Shown: one piece after another, positions 60,653 to 64,000 of the stretch
Layout of the letters: each line of letters starts with the position of its first letter
Numbering within the stretch: position 1 is the stretch's first letter
NCBI RefSeq assembly: GCF_006345805.1
Contig: NC_043010.1
Span: 57,598,001-57,662,000 of the forward strand
Length of the DNA stretch: 64,000 bases
Direction of reading: 5' to 3'
DNA from: Octopus sinensis
Taxonomy: Eukaryota
Made by a program: the position numbers and the translations under genes
The notes under the pieces: generated by a model
Databases searched by the model: none
Told to the model about the DNA's origin: nothing
Seen by the model: the letters and a program-made list of their open reading frames with translations, nothing else

Positions 60653-62309
60653 AATAACAAACAAGATGAGGACAAATATCTGTCAAATGTAAATAATGTA
60701 CACAATTCCTCATCTCTTAAATATAGAACTGTATGACCTTTACTGTTCTCATGCTCCAAATTTTTTCTATTTCAAATTTGAAGGGATTGCATGTTTTTGT
60801 TTTTCTTCTTTCTTTACAATCCTGGAATCAAACAGGTATGATGGGTCGATCAGGAAGCAAGTTTGCTTTTCCTTATCTATAATTGTTATGTCTGGTCTAT
60901 TATTTACTGAATAGGAAAGTCCACAAAATCTTACATTTTTCCAACTCCAATACTCTTTTGACTCGATGATTGTACCATGTAATTCAAACTTCAAATCCCC
61001 ATTTCTGGTACAGTTTCCAGTGTAAAACTTTTACAACCTGGTCATGCCTCCATTTCTTATATTCTTCCTGTACCAACTTGGGGCATTCTGCCACAATGTG
61101 TACGACTGTCACATTCCAAATTCTGCAGGCTCTACCTTTTTCTGACACATTCTCTCCATATATATTCTTTCCTCAAGTTGTTTGTTTTCATTGCTTGATC
61201 TTGGGCTGCTACAATTAGGCTCTGTTTCTTTTTTTAATTGCCCTTTTTTTAACCAAGTCCAGGATTTTGTTTCACTGTTACTATTGTTGTTGTGGTTGTT
61301 ATCAATTAGTAGTATTACAGCAATTATTATTATAATTATTACTGTTAGCCACACTGTTATTGGTTTTCGTGTTAGTATTAGTTTAATAATAACTGTAATT
61401 TTAGGTTTTTGCCGCTCTGACTTCAATGTAGCTGAGATCCAGATTGGGTCATTGTTGTGGTTGTTGTTGTGTAACCCCAAGTAATCCCTGTTTTGGCAGA
61501 CCTGTGGTCAATGGCTTTCCAACTGTGACCATCATGTGTTTGCTTCAATGTAACTAAGTCTACACTATCCAATGTGTTTTTCTTGTTGTTAACATGGTAT
61601 AATAGAAAACACTTGCTCAAGGTGCCATGCAGAAGGATTGAACCTGGAACCATTTGGATGAGAAGCAAGCTCCTTACCACGCAACCACCTAATATATGTG
61701 TGTGTGTGTGTGTGGCATATAAGAATGTGTGTGTGAATGTGTGTGCCTGCACGTGACATGTAAGATTGCATCTGTGCATGTATGTATATTTGACACATGT
61801 GACTGCATGTATGCATGCATGACACATCAGAGTGTGTGTATATATATGAGTGACACTTAGGAATGTGTGAATGTATGTGCTTGTGACATGTAAGATTATG
61901 TGACATGTAAGTGTATGTGTGTAAGTTTATCTTGCACCTCTTTCATCATTCCAATGAATCCAACAATAAAAAAATTAGGTGCTTCACTTTTTTTACAGTT
62001 TACTGTTTGCTTGCTTGCTTCACTGTCCACTTTGATATTTCACAAACTACTAAAGCTACAAAGTTCACAGTTTTTTGTTTTTGTCATTTATCGATGATTT
62101 CTAGAAATCCATCTACATTTTTTTTTCTCACTGATTTCTGAGTGAATTCTTGTTTTTTCAAAATGTTAGTGTTTTAGAAAGTTTTTTGCAAATGAAAATA
62201 TGAAAGATGCAGTGAAGCTGCGTTCAATGTATCAGGTGACGGGTGACACAAGAGGTGGGCGAATATGGAATCACTTTTACATGAGAAATAAGATATTATA
62301 GAAATATAT

Positions 62310-63405
62310 TGACACATAGCTATAGACATTAGTATTGGTGGTTATAATAATTAGGTTATTCTTTAGTTATAATAGTAAATGTTTATAGTTATAATAGTGT
62401 TTGGTGGTTATAGAATTTAATGATGGAGCCATAGTAGTTATCATTTCTGGTTACATTAGTATTAATGGTTAAATTAGTTAGTATTAGTGTTCATAATTAG
62501 TGTCAGTGGTTATAACAATTGGTGTTGGTTATAATTGTTAATACCAGTGGTTATAATATTTAGCATTAGCAGTTATGGTAATTAGTATTGGTTATAATAG
62601 TTAGTATATGTTACAATAGTTAGTATTATTTGTTGTAGTGTTAGTGGTTATAATAGTTAGTACTGGTTACAGGAGTGTTGGTGATTATATTAGTACTGGT
62701 GGTTATAATTGTTAATGCGCATGAATCTTATTAGAATTTGTAGTTGTTAGTATTGGTGGTTATAATATTTAGTATTGGTTATAATAATTGTGTCAGTAGA
62801 AATAGTTGTTAGTATTGGATATAATCTTTTCTACCCTAGGCAAAAGGCCCGAAATTTTGGGGGTAGGGGCTAGTCAATTAGATCAGCTCCAGTATGCAAC
62901 TGGTACTTAATTTATCGACCCCAACAGGATGAAAAGCAAAGTCAACCTTGACAGAATTGGAACTCAGAACGTGAAGACAAACGAAATACTGCTAAGCATA
63001 TCAGCCAGCGTGCTAACGATTCTGCCAATCACCACCTTAGTATTGCATATAATACTTTGTGTTAGTGGTTACAGTAGTCAAGTATTAGTAGTTATAATAG
63101 CTACTGTTATTGGTTAAAGTAGTTAGTATTGATTATAACAGTGTGTAGGTGGTTATGAGAGTTCATGTTAGTGCTTATAATATTTAGTATTGGTGGTTGT
63201 AGAAGTTAGTATTGATGGTAATAATAGCTCTGGTTACAGTGTTTAGTGTTAGTGGTTATAATAATTAGTGTTGGTGAATATAACAATTAGTATTTTTGGT
63301 TATCATAAGTAGTAGTGGTGGTTATAGAAGTTGTAAATATAGTTTATAATAAATAGTGTTGGTGGTTGTAATGGTTTGTGTTAGAGTTTATATCATTTAG
63401 TATTG
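62310..63405. repeat. Degenerate low-complexity array (tagtattggtggttataat-like)
   Basis: Recurrent ggttataat/tagtattgg words and near absence of C on the + strand. Interrupted by a family C SINE. Confidence 0.7.
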
Positions 63406-63407
63406 GT

Positions 63408-63800
63408 AAGGCAGCAAGCTGGCAGAAGTGTTAGCACACCGGGTGAAACGCTTAGTGGTATTTCATCGGCCGCTACGTTCTGAGTTCAAATTCCGCCGAG
63501 GTCAACTTTGCCTTTCATCCTTTCGGGGTCAATTAAATAAATACCAGTTACGCACTGGGGTTGATGTAATCAACTTAATCCATTTGTCTGTCCTTGTTTG
63601 CCCCTCTATGTTTAGCCCCTTGTAGGTAATAAAGAAACAGGTATTTCACCTGTCTTTAAGTTCTGAGTGAAAATTCCACCAAGGTCACCTTTACCTTTCA
63701 TTCTTTTGGGGTCGATACCTGTTGCGTACTGGGGATCGATCTAATTGACTGGCCCTCTCCGCCAAAATTTCAGGCCTTGTGCCTAGAGTAGTATTGCTGG
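63408..63800 (+). mobile_element. SINE-like family C (two tandem copies)
   Basis: gctggcagaa..ttagca..gttctgagttcaaattccgccgaggtcaactttgcctttcatcctttcggggtc...accagtt..gcactggggt. Further copies at about 15850-16030(-), 49870-50090, 50390-50560, 50580-50780, 57600-57720(-), 58320-58453, 59435-59845 and 62830-63030(-). Confidence 0.75.
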
Positions 63801-64000
63801 TTATAGTATTAATATTGGTCATTACAGTAGTTTGTAATTTGTAATGATGGTTGTTATATATTTATTGCATGAAAAGAATGTCTACAAGTTCAAATATTCC
63901 TGAATGCTGTCTTAAAGCCACTTCAAAGTTACAGTCAGGTCTTTTTGTATCATAAATATCTAAATTCTACATTTTGTACTGAAATATTTCAACAGTGAAT

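Larger units (their letters stand above)
60117..60733. mobile_element. Palindromic non-autonomous element (tRNA-like head + (AAT)n + hammerhead in each arm) with 11-bp TSD
   Basis: TSD TGACCTTTACT at 60106-60116 and 60734-60744. The palindrome axis is 60389/60390, with arms about 60121-60389 and 60390-60698. Confidence 0.9.
59845..61275 (-). mobile_element. R4/Dong-like non-LTR retrotransposon 3' fragment (CCHC knuckle + RLE), interrupted
   Basis: SWTWLKKGQLKKETE, IVAAQDQ, C..W...HIVAECPKL..EYKKWRHD, ILW, NNRPDITIIDKEKQTCFLID..., WSMRTVKVKPQIISVLETV, LLQK..L.GT.RI. The 3' end terminates in aataataat. Confidence 0.85.

Overview
AT-rich eukaryotic non-genic or intronic DNA, densely packed with microsatellites ((TA)n, (CA)n, (TATG)n, (GAT)n, (AAT)n). 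The repeat landscape resembles a cephalopod/Octopus genome; this is inference, not checked. Almost all ORFs in the supplied track are microsatellite artefacts. The real coding signal is transposon-derived: a nearly intact 5'-truncated RTE-clade LINE (38.1-41.5 kb) with a near-identical inverted 3' copy (2.6-3.6 kb), about 5 older RTE fragments and about a dozen RTE 3'-tail-only copies. There is also a Penelope-like element with a 5' inversion and a hammerhead-like motif (8.6-10.6 kb), R4/Dong-like restriction-like-endonuclease (RLE) fragments sitting in (AAT)n tracts, three Tc1/mariner remnants, several MITEs, three tRNA-SINE-like families, minisatellites and a triple tandem duplication. The most striking object is a 617-bp palindromic insertion (60117-60733) with an 11-bp target-site duplication. 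Each arm consists of a tRNA-like head, an (AAT)n tract and a minimal hammerhead ribozyme. Host-gene evidence is limited to a few low-confidence candidate exons, one of them ankyrin-like.
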